NCBI GenBank assembly: GCA_963841435.1
Contig: CAWJCS010000003.1
Span: 864,001 to 928,000, forward strand
Source: an uncultured delta proteobacterium
GTDB taxonomy: Bacteria > Myxococcota_A > Polyangia > Polyangiales > Polyangiaceae
Reading direction: 5' to 3'
DNA: 64,000 bases
The notes beneath the pieces are model-generated. The model was given only the letters and a program-made list of their open reading frames with translations, did no database searches and was not told where the DNA came from. Numbering within the stretch: position 1 is the first letter of the stretch; each line of letters opens with the position of its first letter. The position numbers and the translations under genes are program-made. Below are positions 30,386 to 40,487 of the stretch, piece by piece.

Positions 30386-32440
30386 TCAGCGCAGCCCTTC
30401 GCCGCCGACGTACTCGTCTTCCCAGTCCTCGCCCTCGAACGGCCAGTACTCCTCGTCGTCACCGAGGTAGCGGGCCGCATCGAGCGAGTCTACTATGGTC
30501 TGGGGCAAGAGCCCTCGCGAGAGCGCGTCAACCTCGAGCTCGAGCGCGCGCTTCTTGCCGAGCACGGTCTCGACGCGGCCGAGCCGTGCGCGGCGCAAAA
30601 GCCGCGTGAGGCGGCGGTCGAGGCGCTGGAAAGCGTCCTTCGCGAGGGCGAGCTGCTCGGTCTCGATGCTCTCGCGCAGCATCGTGGCGGCGGCGTGGAG
30701 CTCGACCGCCCGCTCGCGATCCTGGGCCAAGAGCTCCGGCAGGTCGCTGCCCTTCGGCGCTTCGGAGGGCTCGGGCTGTGCGCCGCTCGCCGTGCGCGCC
30801 GCTCGCACCTGCAGCTCGAGCGCCTCGAGGTCCTTCTTGAGCGGCGCGAGCTCGCTCGCGGATCTTCCGGTGCGCTCAGCCTCGCGGATCAGCCGCCGCA
30901 CCTCGGCGAGCTGCGACTCGGCGCGCCGGAGCTGCTCGGCGTCGCTCATGCCGAGCGGCCCCTCAGCCTGCCCGCGCACCGCCTTGGGCGAAGCCAGGCG
31001 GCGGCTGGCCTCGTCGAGGTCGCCCATCGCGGCAAGCAGGCCGTTCATCTGCAAGTCGAGCTCGGTGAGCTTCGTCGTGGCGCGGCCGTAGCCGGTATCG
31101 ACGCGGAGCAGCGAGCCGAGAGCGCGCGCCGTGTCCTCCGGCACGCCGAGGCCCGCGCTCGCGGGATCGGCACCGGTGCGCAGCGCCTCGGTGAGGCGGC
31201 GCATGGCGCCCTCGTCGCTCGCGAGGCGCCGCGCGGCGTCGCGCACGGGCTCGTAGCGCGCGAGGAACACGCCGAGCTTCTTGTCGGCCTGAGGGAAGCG
31301 GCACATCGCGAGATCGATGTACGCGTCGAGGATGTACGCTTCGTCCTCGTAGGGGTGATTGGTGCCAAGCCGCGTGAGCTCGTCCATCGACGCGCGGGCG
31401 CCCTCGTAGTCCTTGGCCTCGTAGCGCGTCGTCGCGGTCTCGTAGAGCGCCTCGGGGAGCCGCTCCGAGTCCGCGGGCACGAGGTAATAGTAGTAGCGCG
31501 CGTCGTCGAAGCGGAACTGCTCGTGGGCGACGCGGCCGAGGCCGAGCCGTGCGAGATCGCGCACGCGGAAGAAGTCACCGCCGCCGAAGAGCGGAGCGCG
31601 CTTGGGGGTGCGCTTGGGGTCGGCCACCCTGCAAAACAGCTCCTCGCCGCGCCTGTACTGTCGGCGCTCGACCTCGATGACGCCCGAAAGGTAGGTCGCC
31701 TGGGCCCAGAAGCGCGAGCGCTCTCGCACCCTCGCGTAGGCGGCGAGCGCTTCGTCCGGCTTGTTCTCGACCTCGGCGCTGCGACCGGCGAGGTACGCGA
31801 TGTCACCGGTGATCTCGTCGCCCGCCGTCGGGGGCACCACCTTCAGATCCTCGAGGAACGTGCGGGGCCGTTCGCTCTCGAGGCCGAAGTCGATGAGCGA
31901 ATGCACCGCCTGGCGATACCAGGTGTCCGTCGGGTCGCCTTCGAGCAGCGGCACGAGATACGCCCTGCCGAGATCGTGCGCTCCGGCGCGGCCGAGCGCG
32001 TCACCGAGCAGGAAGCGCGCCGTTCTACCCTCGGGCGCCCGCGCGAACGGCGCGAAGCGCGGCGTCTCCACGAGGTAGACGAGATCACCGATGGCCTCGT
32101 CACGACGCCCGGCGAGCACCTTCTCCTCCACGACGGCAAGCTCGTCGCGCAGGCGCTGCGCGCTGAGCCCCTCGGTCGGCGCGAGGTGACGGGCGTCGAG
32201 GGCCTTCTGGTACGAAAGGATGGCGGCGCTGCGCGTGTCGAGCGGCTGCGGCCCCGTCGGCGCGGCGGGCGCAGGCGCTTCGGCCGCGGGGGCTCCTTCC
32301 GGCGCGGCGGAGGCGCCCTCGGGAGGCGCGGCGGGCGCGCCGGGGGCGCTCGACGTGGCGGCGCCGGACGGCGGGGGCTGAGCAAGCGCGGTCGACGTGA
32401 AAAAGACGAGCAGCGAAACCCCCCCGAGCGCCGCTCGCAT
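30386..32440 (-). CDS. Secreted TPR protein, GltC/NfsC-like
   Basis: Signal peptide; TPRs (RDLARLGLGRVAHE, ALYE); a C-terminal EYWPFEGEDWEDEY motif of the kind seen in GltC homologues. Confidence 0.7.
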   Translation of the reverse strand: MRAALGGVSLLVFFTSTALAQPPPSGAATSSAPGAPAAPPEGASAAPEGAPAAEAPAPAAPTGPQPLDTRSAAILSYQKALDARHLAPTEGLSAQRLRDELAVVEEKVLAGRRDEAIGDLVYLVETPRFAPFARAPEGRTARFLLGDALGRAGAHDLGRAYLVPLLEGDPTDTWYRQAVHSLIDFGLESERPRTFLEDLKVVPPTAGDEITGDIAYLAGRSAEVENKPDEALAAYARVRERSRFWAQATYLSGVIEVERRQYRRGEELFCRVADPKRTPKRAPLFGGGDFFRVRDLARLGLGRVAHEQFRFDDARYYYYLVPADSERLPEALYETATTRYEAKDYEGARASMDELTRLGTNHPYEDEAYILDAYIDLAMCRFPQADKKLGVFLARYEPVRDAARRLASDEGAMRRLTEALRTGADPASAGLGVPEDTARALGSLLRVDTGYGRATTKLTELDLQMNGLLAAMGDLDEASRRLASPKAVRGQAEGPLGMSDAEQLRRAESQLAEVRRLIREAERTGRSASELAPLKKDLEALELQVRAARTASGAQPEPSEAPKGSDLPELLAQDRERAVELHAAATMLRESIETEQLALAKDAFQRLDRRLTRLLRRARLGRVETVLGKKRALELEVDALSRGLLPQTIVDSLDAARYLGDDEEYWPFEGEDWEDEYVGGEGLR

Positions 32441-33192
32441 CAGTCGAGCACCTGCGCGCGGAGACGCACGCGAAGGTCGTACTCCCCGTCCTCGTCGTCC
32501 GGGAAATCGTCGGCCATGTCGGAGTCGTCCTGGATGCGAAAGCTCGTTTCGAGGCGCTTGCTCTCCGGAACGACGACGGCGAATTTCGAGACCTGATACG
32601 TACGATACGCGCGGTTGCGCGCGTCGTAGCGCTCGATCTCGACGCCGAGCATGTGATGGCCCGGCGCGACGGCGTGCTCGTACACGACCTGGGGCTCGTC
32701 GCCGCCGCCGAAGCGCTCCGCCGCAGCGAAGATGACGCCGTCGTCGAGCGTGACCTTGAAGCTTGCGACGCGCGCGTCGTCGCCCTCGACGCCGACGAGC
32801 ACGCGGAGCTTGCTCGAGAAGAGCGTCGTCGTCACGGCCGCCACGCGGCCGCGCAGCGCGGCGATGTCGGCGATGAGTCGATCGTAACCGGGCGGCGGCG
32901 GCTTCGGCGCGCCCGAAGGGAACTCGTTGGGCTCGGGCGTGAGCGGCGAACGCTTCACGGCGGGGGTGTCACCCTGCGTTTTCGGCGGGGCCTCGCCGAG
33001 GTCGTCGCCGGACGCCGCGGAGCCGGGCGCGGGCTCGTCCTCGGTCGCGGCGGGCTCGGCCTTCGCCTCGGGGGGCTTCGCGGGCTCGGCGGCGGCCGCA
33101 GGCTTGACCCCCTTCTTGGAGCGCGGCTGTGCCTGGGCGCCGAATGCGATCCCGAGCACCAAGAGGCCGATCAGAGGGACCTTGCCTCGCAT
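32440..33192 (-). CDS. Secreted hypothetical protein translationally coupled to the GltC-like gene
   Basis: Signal peptide, Pro/Ala linker, coiled coil and beta-rich C-terminal domain. TGATG overlap at 32440. Confidence 0.7.
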   Translation of the reverse strand: MRGKVPLIGLLVLGIAFGAQAQPRSKKGVKPAAAAEPAKPPEAKAEPAATEDEPAPGSAASGDDLGEAPPKTQGDTPAVKRSPLTPEPNEFPSGAPKPPPPGYDRLIADIAALRGRVAAVTTTLFSSKLRVLVGVEGDDARVASFKVTLDDGVIFAAAERFGGGDEPQVVYEHAVAPGHHMLGVEIERYDARNRAYRTYQVSKFAVVVPESKRLETSFRIQDDSDMADDFPDDEDGEYDLRVRLRAQVLD

Positions 33193-33259
33193 CGAGCGAT
33201 CGAGCCTAACACGCCTCCAAACGGCGAGAAAGACCCAGGAAACCCGGGCGGCGTCCCGG

Positions 33260-34007
33260 CTAGCCCTTCAGCTGGTTGGCGACCGCTTTCGCGGCCTTCT
33301 CGGCGGCCTCCGGGTCACCGAGGTAGTAGCGCGGCTTGATGGGCTTCAGGTTCGCGTCGAGCTCGTAGACGAGCGGGATGCCGGTCGGGATGTTGAGCTC
33401 GACGATGTCGGCGTCGCTCACGCCGTCGAGGTGCTTGACGAGGGCGCGCAGGCTATTGCCGTGCGCCGCGATGACGACGCGCTCGCCCCGCTTCACGCGC
33501 GGCGCGATGTCGCTCTCCCAGAAGGGCAGGAAGCGCTCGACCGTGTCCTTCAGGCACTCCGTCTTCGGGATCTCGTTCTTGGCGAGACCCGCGTAGCGGC
33601 GGTCCTTGCCGGGCCAGTGCTCGTGCGACTCGTCGAGGGCGGGCGGCGGCACGTCGTAGGAGCGGCGCCAGAATCTTGACCTGCTCCTCACCGTGGCGCG
33701 CGACCGTCTCGGCCTTGTTGAGGCCCTGCAGCGCGCCGTACATGCGCTCGTTCACGCGCCAGGTGCGCTGCACGGGGATCCACATCAGATCGAGGTCTTC
33801 GAGCACGATCCAGAGCGTCTTGATGGCGCGCTTGAGCACGGAGGTGAAGGCGAAATCGAAGCTCAGCCCGGCCTCCTCGAGCAGCCGCGCCGCTTCGTGC
33901 GCTTCCTTCACCCCGAGCTCGCTCAGCGGGACGTCCACCCAGCCGGTGAAGCGGTTGTCGAGGTTCCACTGGCTCTGACCGTGTCGCAACAAAACGAGCT
34001 TGTGCAT
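33260..34007 (-). CDS. gpmA: 2,3-BPG-dependent phosphoglycerate mutase (one +1 frameshift at ~33672, likely sequencing error)
   Basis: [29 protein letters not shown] and AHGNSLRAL. Deleting one base restores [13 protein letters not shown] and a 248-aa product. Confidence 0.95.
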
Positions 34008-34203
34008 GGCGCTTCGTGTCCCCTTAGACGCGCGCCGGGGATGCTGCAAGCGGCGCGCAACAGGTCGCCGCCACCGAGCCGGCGCAGTCAGCTCGTTCGC
34101 CCGCGCTGCCGCCGACGAACCGGCACGTTTCGACGGCGCGGCATTTTCTTTTGATTGGGGCGACCGACGCGCGGCGGCGAAACGTGGACGCCGCACGTCG
34201 TTC

Positions 34204-34243
34204 CACCCGGACGCACCCGGACGCACCCGGACGCGCCCGAACG
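34204..34243. repeat. 10-bp tandem repeat CACCCGGACG x3 plus one degenerate copy, intergenic upstream of gpmA
   Basis: Read directly from the sequence. Confidence 0.8.
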
Positions 34244-34296
34244 CGTCTCCGTGTGGGACTCCGGCGCTCGTCCGCCGGTCCCCGGCAAGTGCGGGG

Positions 34297-34980
34297 CTAG
34301 CTCGAGAACGGGATGAACAGGCTCAGACCGCCCGTGGCCGTGATGTCGTTCACGATCTTGTCGACGCCGAGCTGCACGCGCTGCTGCGAGTGCACGATGT
34401 CGCGCGTGTCGAGCCGGAACGCGAGCCATTCGGTGAGGTAGAACTTGAAGCCGAAGCCGCCGGAGCCGCTCAGGCCGAGATCACCCGGCTCGACGGTCGC
34501 GCCGCCGCCGAGCGCGACGTAAAAATCGTAGCGACCGATGGCGCCGCCGAGCCAGCGGACCTTGCCGTAGGCGATCGACCAGACCAGATGCCCGAGGAAG
34601 AACTGGATGGGGTTCGAATCCGCCTGGACGATGTCGATGAGGCCCTGCTGCCGCTGCTCGATGGCCTCGAGCAGGGAGTACTTCTGACGGGCGCGGAGGT
34701 AGCTTGCCTCGAGGCCGAGATCCTCGGTGAAGTGGAAGGTGTAGGCGCCGCCGTAGGTGGGAGCGCCGTCGGAGATGTCGCCCGCGTACCAGCCGCCGAA
34801 CGCCGAGATCTCGTGGCGGAGGGCCTTCTTGATGAGGCGCGGCACGACGCCGCGGTACGCGCGCTGGCCGATGAGCTGCTGCTTGAGCGCTTCGTCGACG
34901 CACTGGGCGCGGGCCTTTGCGGGCACGAGCAGGGCGAAGGCGACGGCCAGCGCGCCGAGCCAGACACGGACCGGGGGCAT
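34297..34980 (-). CDS. Myxobacterial outer-membrane beta-barrel protein, GltA/GltB/NfsA-like
   Basis: Signal peptide ending [21 protein letters not shown] and DFY motifs; alternating beta strands. Confidence 0.7.
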   Translation of the reverse strand: MPPVRVWLGALAVAFALLVPAKARAQCVDEALKQQLIGQRAYRGVVPRLIKKALRHEISAFGGWYAGDISDGAPTYGGAYTFHFTEDLGLEASYLRARQKYSLLEAIEQRQQGLIDIVQADSNPIQFFLGHLVWSIAYGKVRWLGGAIGRYDFYVALGGGATVEPGDLGLSGSGGFGFKFYLTEWLAFRLDTRDIVHSQQRVQLGVDKIVNDITATGGLSLFIPFSS

Positions 34981-35203
34981 GTTCAGCGCGCCCTCGACGG
35001 GGGGCAGAACAACGCGGAAGCGGGTGCAGCGGCGCCGGCGCTCAACTCGCCATAGGGAACTATCACACCTGACACCGGCACGAAAAGCGCAGTTTTTCGC
35101 GCGGCCCCGCTGCCGTCTCGGGCACGCCTCGCTGCGCGGCCGACGGCGGCGGGGCGCGCCTCTCACGCCCCGCGCTGCGCGGTCGGCGCTAGGCTCTGGT
35201 TCC

Positions 35204-36541
35204 ATGCGGATACCGCTGTCTCTCGCGGCGCTCCTTCTGTTCGTGACGACGCGCGTCGCGGCCGAGCCGGCCCGGGGGGCGGACGCCTGCGCCGGCCCGC
35301 TCCGCTCGACGCTCACCACCGTCGGCTGCCGGCTCGCTGCCGGTCTCGGCGAGCGAGCGCAGGGCGCGCTCGTCATCGGCGTCACCCCCACGGCCGACCC
35401 ACCGGTCGCCGTGCGCGCCGAGCTCGCGAGCCGCCTCGCGCGGCTGGTCGCGGGGTCGATCGGGAGCGGCGCCACCGCCTGGCCCGCCGTGCTCGGCGCG
35501 GCGCGCGCCAGAGCGCTCTCCGACGGCCGGCGCCCGCTCGTGGTCGTCACGGCGCGCCTGGGCGACGCGCGCCTCGAGGTCACGGCCGACGCGTTCGTCG
35601 GCCGTGACACGCTGTGGCGCCGCCTGCGACGCGGGCGCTCGGGGCCCGTTTCGCACGCGTTCGCGGAGGGCCCACTCGACGCCGAGCTCAAGACGTTCTT
35701 GCCGCCCGTGCCGCTCGTCGCTCGCGAGATCATCAAGGGTCAGGGCGCCGACGCCGACCTCGTGGCGGTCGCCTGTGGCGACCTCGACGGCGACGGATCG
35801 CCCGAAATCGCAGCGCTCGGGCGTCGCCGAGTGTCCGTTTTGCGACTACGCGGGGGTCGCGTCGAAACGGCGGCGGCGAGGCCGCTCACGGCGCTCGCGC
35901 CCGTCGCCGGCACGCCGCTCCGCGAGCCGATCGCCGCGGCGTGGATCCCCGCGAAAGGAGCGCTCGACCTCGGCGTGACCGATCGAGCGGCCGCGCTGCG
36001 CCTGGACGCGAAGCTCCAGAGCGTGACGCCGCTCGCCGGGCGGCTGCCGTGGCCGGGAGGAGGCTGTGCGAACGTCGCCGAGCTCGGCGTGGCGCCGAAG
36101 CTCGAGCCGTGCCGTCCGGGAGAGGCGGCGCCGGGCGGCGAGGCCCCGGGCGCCGGAGCGGGCGATGCGCTCGCGGGCGCGCGCGTGACGCGGCGTGACG
36201 GCTCGGTCGCCGTCGTGCGTGCCGTACGGCTGCTCGGCACGAGCACGGCGAGCATCCGCGACGGCGCGCGCACGCTCACGGTCGAGCCCGTGGGAGCCGA
36301 GCTCGCCGTCGGGGACCTCGACGGCGACGGCTCGGCGGAGCTCGTCGCGAGCCTGGACACGCAAAAGCGCGAGGAGGACGCCATCGTCGTCTACGGCTTC
36401 TCCGCCGACGGTCAGGCGAGCGAGCGCTTCCGTCTACCCGTGCCGAGCGGCGTGCGCGCCGTCGGCGTGTGTCCGCTGCGCTCGAGCGCGATGGCGCCGA
36501 TCGTGGTTGCCACGGGAGATGGCCTTTGGCTCGTGCGCTGA
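35204..36541 (+). CDS. Secreted protein with FG-GAP/VCBS-like Ca-binding repeats
   Basis: Signal peptide; GDLDGDGSPE and GDLDGDGSAE. Confidence 0.7.
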   Translation: MRIPLSLAALLLFVTTRVAAEPARGADACAGPLRSTLTTVGCRLAAGLGERAQGALVIGVTPTADPPVAVRAELASRLARLVAGSIGSGATAWPAVLGAARARALSDGRRPLVVVTARLGDARLEVTADAFVGRDTLWRRLRRGRSGPVSHAFAEGPLDAELKTFLPPVPLVAREIIKGQGADADLVAVACGDLDGDGSPEIAALGRRRVSVLRLRGGRVETAAARPLTALAPVAGTPLREPIAAAWIPAKGALDLGVTDRAAALRLDAKLQSVTPLAGRLPWPGGGCANVAELGVAPKLEPCRPGEAAPGGEAPGAGAGDALAGARVTRRDGSVAVVRAVRLLGTSTASIRDGARTLTVEPVGAELAVGDLDGDGSAELVASLDTQKREEDAIVVYGFSADGQASERFRLPVPSGVRAVGVCPLRSSAMAPIVVATGDGLWLVR

Positions 36542-37869
36542 GGCCGGGAGCGCCCGCGCGCGCAAGCCGCCGCGCCTTCGGAGCGCTCCTTCTGCTCGCG
36601 CCCGGCGCGAGCGCGCTCGGGCGGACGCCGCTCGGCGGCACGCTGCGACTGAGCGTGCCGTTTTCGACCCGCGAGCTCGATCCGCACGCGGGCGACAGCG
36701 CGATCGCGGCGTTGTTCGCGCCAGCCGTCGCCGATCCGCTGTTCGCGCTCGACGAGGAAGGGCGCCCCTACGCGGCGCTCGCCGAAGCGCTGCCCGAGCG
36801 CACCGCCGAGGGCGCGCGCCTCACGTTGCGCGCCGGGCTCGTGAGCGCACGCGGCAAGCGCCTCGACGCGCGCGACGTGGCCTTCTCGCTCGCCCGCGCC
36901 GCCCGCCTCGGCGGGGCCGCGACGCTCGGCGAGCTCCCGGCGCCGAGCCCCGATGCGCGCGACAGGCTCGCGCTCGTGTTTCCCGGCGCAGACCCGACGG
37001 CGGTCGCCGTCGCGCTCGCGAGCCCTCTCACCGCGCTCGTCCCGCGCGGCTTCTCCGCGGCTCGCCCCGACGGCACGGGCGCATTCCGGGCCACCGTGAC
37101 GGCGTCGGGACTGACGCTCGAGCGCAACGTCGTCGCGGCGCGCGGCCCGGCGTTCCTCGAACGCGTCGAGGTGACGCGCGCCGCCGGTCTCGCCGACGCG
37201 CTGCGCGCCTTCGAGTCGGCGCGGGCCGACGTGGGTTGGCTCGGAGCGGGCCTTCACCAGCCGCGGCGCGGCTCGGTGGCACTCGCCGGGCCGGACTACG
37301 GGCTGCTCGTGCTCCGCACCGGACGCGAGGCGCGCGCCTGGGCCGCGCCGGGCATCGCGCAGGGGCTCCTCGACCGCGTGCCGCCGGGCGCCCTCGCGCA
37401 CCTCGGCGTGCGAGACGTGGGCGGCACGCGACGCGCGGGCGCGCTGTGGGACGGCGGTGCCGCCGAGCTCGTCGTGGCATCCGACGAACCGATGCTCGGC
37501 GAGATTGCCGAGGCGCTCGCGGGCCTGCTCGCACCGCGCGCGGGGACGCTCGCCGCGCGCGGCGTCCCGCCGAGCGAGCTTGCCGCACGGCGAGCCACGG
37601 GCGCCTTCGCGCTCATGCTCGACTTCGTGCGCCTCGCCGGTCCGCCGGGGCGCGCAACCTTGCTCGCGCTGCTCGCCGCGACGAGCCCCGAACTCGCGCG
37701 CCGCCCGCCGCGCCCACCGTCTTACGAGCCACGCGACGTGGCACGCACTCTCCCGCTCGGCGTCGTGGGCGCCCTGCACGTCACGGGCGCGCGGGTGCCC
37801 GAGCTCGGCGGGCTCGAGCACTGGCAGCTCGGCAACGCCTATCTCACGCCGAATAGCGCACCGCCCTGA
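36526..37869 (+). CDS. Family-5 (Opp/Dpp-like) extracellular solute-binding protein homologue
   Basis: Twin-Arg-like SRRAF signal; GGTLRL..LDP, LA..P, LDARDVAFSL and GTGAF. TTG start with GGGAGA upstream. Confidence 0.65.
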   Translation: MARALRPGAPARASRRAFGALLLLAPGASALGRTPLGGTLRLSVPFSTRELDPHAGDSAIAALFAPAVADPLFALDEEGRPYAALAEALPERTAEGARLTLRAGLVSARGKRLDARDVAFSLARAARLGGAATLGELPAPSPDARDRLALVFPGADPTAVAVALASPLTALVPRGFSAARPDGTGAFRATVTASGLTLERNVVAARGPAFLERVEVTRAAGLADALRAFESARADVGWLGAGLHQPRRGSVALAGPDYGLLVLRTGREARAWAAPGIAQGLLDRVPPGALAHLGVRDVGGTRRAGALWDGGAAELVVASDEPMLGEIAEALAGLLAPRAGTLAARGVPPSELAARRATGAFALMLDFVRLAGPPGRATLLALLAATSPELARRPPRPPSYEPRDVARTLPLGVVGALHVTGARVPELGGLEHWQLGNAYLTPNSAPP

Positions 37870-37933
37870 CGTTGGCGGCGACGCGTCACGCGGCGCCGGG
37901 ACGACCGCGCTACGACCGCGGCACCGTTCGCCG

Positions 37934-38797
37934 TCAGCGGGCGGCGTCGAGCACGGCGCGGCCCGCCGCTTCGAAGTGGGCCTGTAAGACGGCGCCGGGG
38001 ACGGCCGCGTCGCGCCGCGCCGAGATGCTGCGGGCGGCGTCGAAGGCGGCGCCTTCGAGGCCGAGCGCCGTGTAGAGCGCGCCCTCGAGCTCGGCGAAGA
38101 GCGCTTCCTCGTCGGGGCCGAGCGGGCCGCACTCGGGGGCCGCCCGGCCGCGGTCGCGCGCGAGGCGGCGCCGCGCGGCCATCTTCAGCCGCATCTTGAG
38201 GACCGACAGCAGGTACACCGACGAGCCGTTCATGTCGGACGCGAGCCGGTCGCGGTCGGCGCGCCAGGCCGCGTCGAGGTCGAGCTCGGCCGCGCGCCAG
38301 GCGGGCGCCCCGGCGAGGCCCGCGAGCGCGGAGAAGTAGCCCACCTGCTCGGTGTGGTGCTCCTCGCTCGCGAACTTGTCGAGGTGACACAGGTCGTGGA
38401 TCAAGAATTCGAAGCCGTCACGCGGACCGTGCTCGACCGAGACGGGGAGCAGGCTCGCGCAGCGCGCACCGCGCGCCTGCAGCGCGAGCACGTGCGCCGC
38501 GGCGGGCACGTCGCGGCGAAGCTCGACGGAAAAGCCGCCCGACCAGCGAAACAGCGCCCGCACGGCGCGCTCGGGCACGCGGCAGAGCCGCCGTGTCGCG
38601 AGCAGCGAGAGCGCGGGCGACGGTGGCCCGCCGAGCGGCTCGCGCCGCGCGCCCTGATCAGCGCGGCGGCCGAGCGCCTGCGCGGCGCGCTCGACGAGGT
38701 ACGCGGCGGCGTGCTCGGCGTCGTTTTCGGGCGTGGAACGGCTCGGCCCGCCGGCGTCGACGCTGTCGAGCAGCGGTCGCCCCAAAAAACCAACCAT
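37934..38797 (-). CDS. Hypothetical protein with HDLCH motif
   Basis: Coherent ORF with GC3-biased codons; conserved-looking FLIHDLCHLDKF, EQVGYF and SDMN blocks. Confidence 0.6.
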   Translation of the reverse strand: MVGFLGRPLLDSVDAGGPSRSTPENDAEHAAAYLVERAAQALGRRADQGARREPLGGPPSPALSLLATRRLCRVPERAVRALFRWSGGFSVELRRDVPAAAHVLALQARGARCASLLPVSVEHGPRDGFEFLIHDLCHLDKFASEEHHTEQVGYFSALAGLAGAPAWRAAELDLDAAWRADRDRLASDMNGSSVYLLSVLKMRLKMAARRRLARDRGRAAPECGPLGPDEEALFAELEGALYTALGLEGAAFDAARSISARRDAAVPGAVLQAHFEAAGRAVLDAAR

Positions 38798-38827
38798 CGC
38801 CTCGCGTCCCGGGCTGCACCGCGCGCG

Positions 38828-39598
38828 CTACGGTACCTTGGTCGGCTCCGGCAGCTGGGCGCCGCCGCGCACGGCCTTGACGATGCTTTCGCTGAGCTTG
38901 TCGTCGGCCTTCACGCATTTCAGGCTCACGTCGCCGCTCGTCGCGCCCTTGCACTCCTTGCGACGCGCCTGGTACGCCTCGTTGATGGTGCTGTCGGTGC
39001 GCAGTGCTTCCTGCACGTTGTCGTCGAGGAAGCGCCAGTCGATGTGGGCCGCCTTGGGCTGCGGCGGCTTGTCGAGCGTCATCTCCTCGGCCGAGAGCGT
39101 CACGCAGCTGCCGTCCCAGCGCAGCGCGTCGTAGCTTGCACCCGCGCCGCTCACCTGCATGCCGCCGAGATCGGCCTTTCGCTCCATCAGCACGAGGACT
39201 TCCTCGTCGAACTCGAGCCAGCCGTTGTCCGACGCGCCACCCGAAGCGTTCCAGGCCCTGGTTTTTCCGCGCAGGTAGCCGCGCGCCCACGGCGAGCCGT
39301 TGGCGAACAGGTAGAGCGCCACGCCGGGAAAGCTCGCGGCGCAGAGCCTTTCGACGAATTTTCGCGGCGGGACGCAGGTGCCACCCTTCTTGCTGCACTC
39401 CTTGGGGACGCCCGCCGTCTCGCTCGCGCGGGTCGCTTCGCCCTCGCCGGCGCTCGACCCGTCACCCTCGTCGCTCGCGGGGCCCTCGGCGGCGTCGCTC
39501 GATGCCGAGGGCGCGGCCGGCGGGGGTGCGCCGCCACCGCAGGCGAGCAGAAAGAGCGCGACGGGGATCGGAAGCTCGAAGGCACGCATGGTCGTCAT
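38828..39598 (-). CDS. Hypothetical Cys-containing lipoprotein
   Basis: Lipobox LLAC; ATGA overlap with the upstream gene. Confidence 0.7.
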   Translation of the reverse strand: MTTMRAFELPIPVALFLLACGGGAPPPAAPSASSDAAEGPASDEGDGSSAGEGEATRASETAGVPKECSKKGGTCVPPRKFVERLCAASFPGVALYLFANGSPWARGYLRGKTRAWNASGGASDNGWLEFDEEVLVLMERKADLGGMQVSGAGASYDALRWDGSCVTLSAEEMTLDKPPQPKAAHIDWRFLDDNVQEALRTDSTINEAYQARRKECKGATSGDVSLKCVKADDKLSESIVKAVRGGAQLPEPTKVP

Positions 39599-40326
39599 TT
39601 CCCCTTGACGTTCGGCGGCACGGCGACGGTCGCCTTCGCTTTCCAGTGGTCGACACTCGCCTTGACGCGGGCAAGCTGCCTGACGGCGCGGCGATTGGCC
39701 GGACCCGTCCCGAGGCCCCAGAGCCCCACGTCGAGCTCGACGCTCTCGCCGTTGCCGAGCGGCTTCATGCCGTGCTTGCCAGGCCATTCGCGTGAAAGCT
39801 TGACGGTGGTTCCGGCGCCGAGCGGCTGGTCGCCATCGCCCTCGCGCTCGTCCCCGAAGGACTCGGCGTCGCTCTTGCCCCCGCGCTTGACCGCACCGGC
39901 GAACGCGAGCGGTCCGTTCTTCGGAGCGAGCAGCGAGCGGTCCTCGCTCGCCGTGGCCGAGACGACGACGCGCACGCCGAAGCCCGCGGGCGTCCGCACC
40001 GTCTCGGCTTTGATCATGAAGCGCACGTCGTCGACCTCGGCCTTGAGCCCCTCGGGCATGAGCACGTAACGAACGGTGCGCTGGGCGTTCGGGTCGCGCG
40101 CCGGCGGTGCGGGCTCGTCCGGCTGATCGTCGGCGGGCACCGTGTCGTCGGTCCGAGCGGGATCGGAGCCGACGCTCTCCGCGGGCTCCAAAGGGGGCGG
40201 CTCGGGCGCGACGCTCGCGGGCGCTTCGGGGGCCGCGGCCGCTGGGGTTTCGGCGGCGCCGCCGCCGCAGGCGACGAGCGCCATCGCGAGGGGAGCGAGA
40301 AGGACGAGCGGAGCAATGACCCGCAT
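39595..40326 (-). CDS. Hypothetical lipoprotein
   Basis: Lipobox LVAC, Pro-rich linker and beta-rich domain; RBS GAGGGAG. Confidence 0.7.
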   Translation of the reverse strand: MRVIAPLVLLAPLAMALVACGGGAAETPAAAAPEAPASVAPEPPPLEPAESVGSDPARTDDTVPADDQPDEPAPPARDPNAQRTVRYVLMPEGLKAEVDDVRFMIKAETVRTPAGFGVRVVVSATASEDRSLLAPKNGPLAFAGAVKRGGKSDAESFGDEREGDGDQPLGAGTTVKLSREWPGKHGMKPLGNGESVELDVGLWGLGTGPANRRAVRQLARVKASVDHWKAKATVAVPPNVKGK

Positions 40327-40487
40327 CGCTCCCTCTTACCCTGGAAAATGCACGGCTTGAAAGGCCCTTGCCTCGACCGCCCGAGCCGGCGGGGCCCTCG
40401 GGCGCGCGAGCACGCGAACGACGCGTCGCGCCACGGCCGAAAAGTACCATCGCCACGTCACACACGCGAGGCTACGCTTCGCGCCAA

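Noticed and set aside
33260-34007. gpmA, rlmI, lacI and the cyclase gene as true pseudogenes or programmed frameshifts
   Set aside because: Each has single extra bases with the same signature, no slippery heptamer and no other decay. Sequencing error is the simpler explanation.
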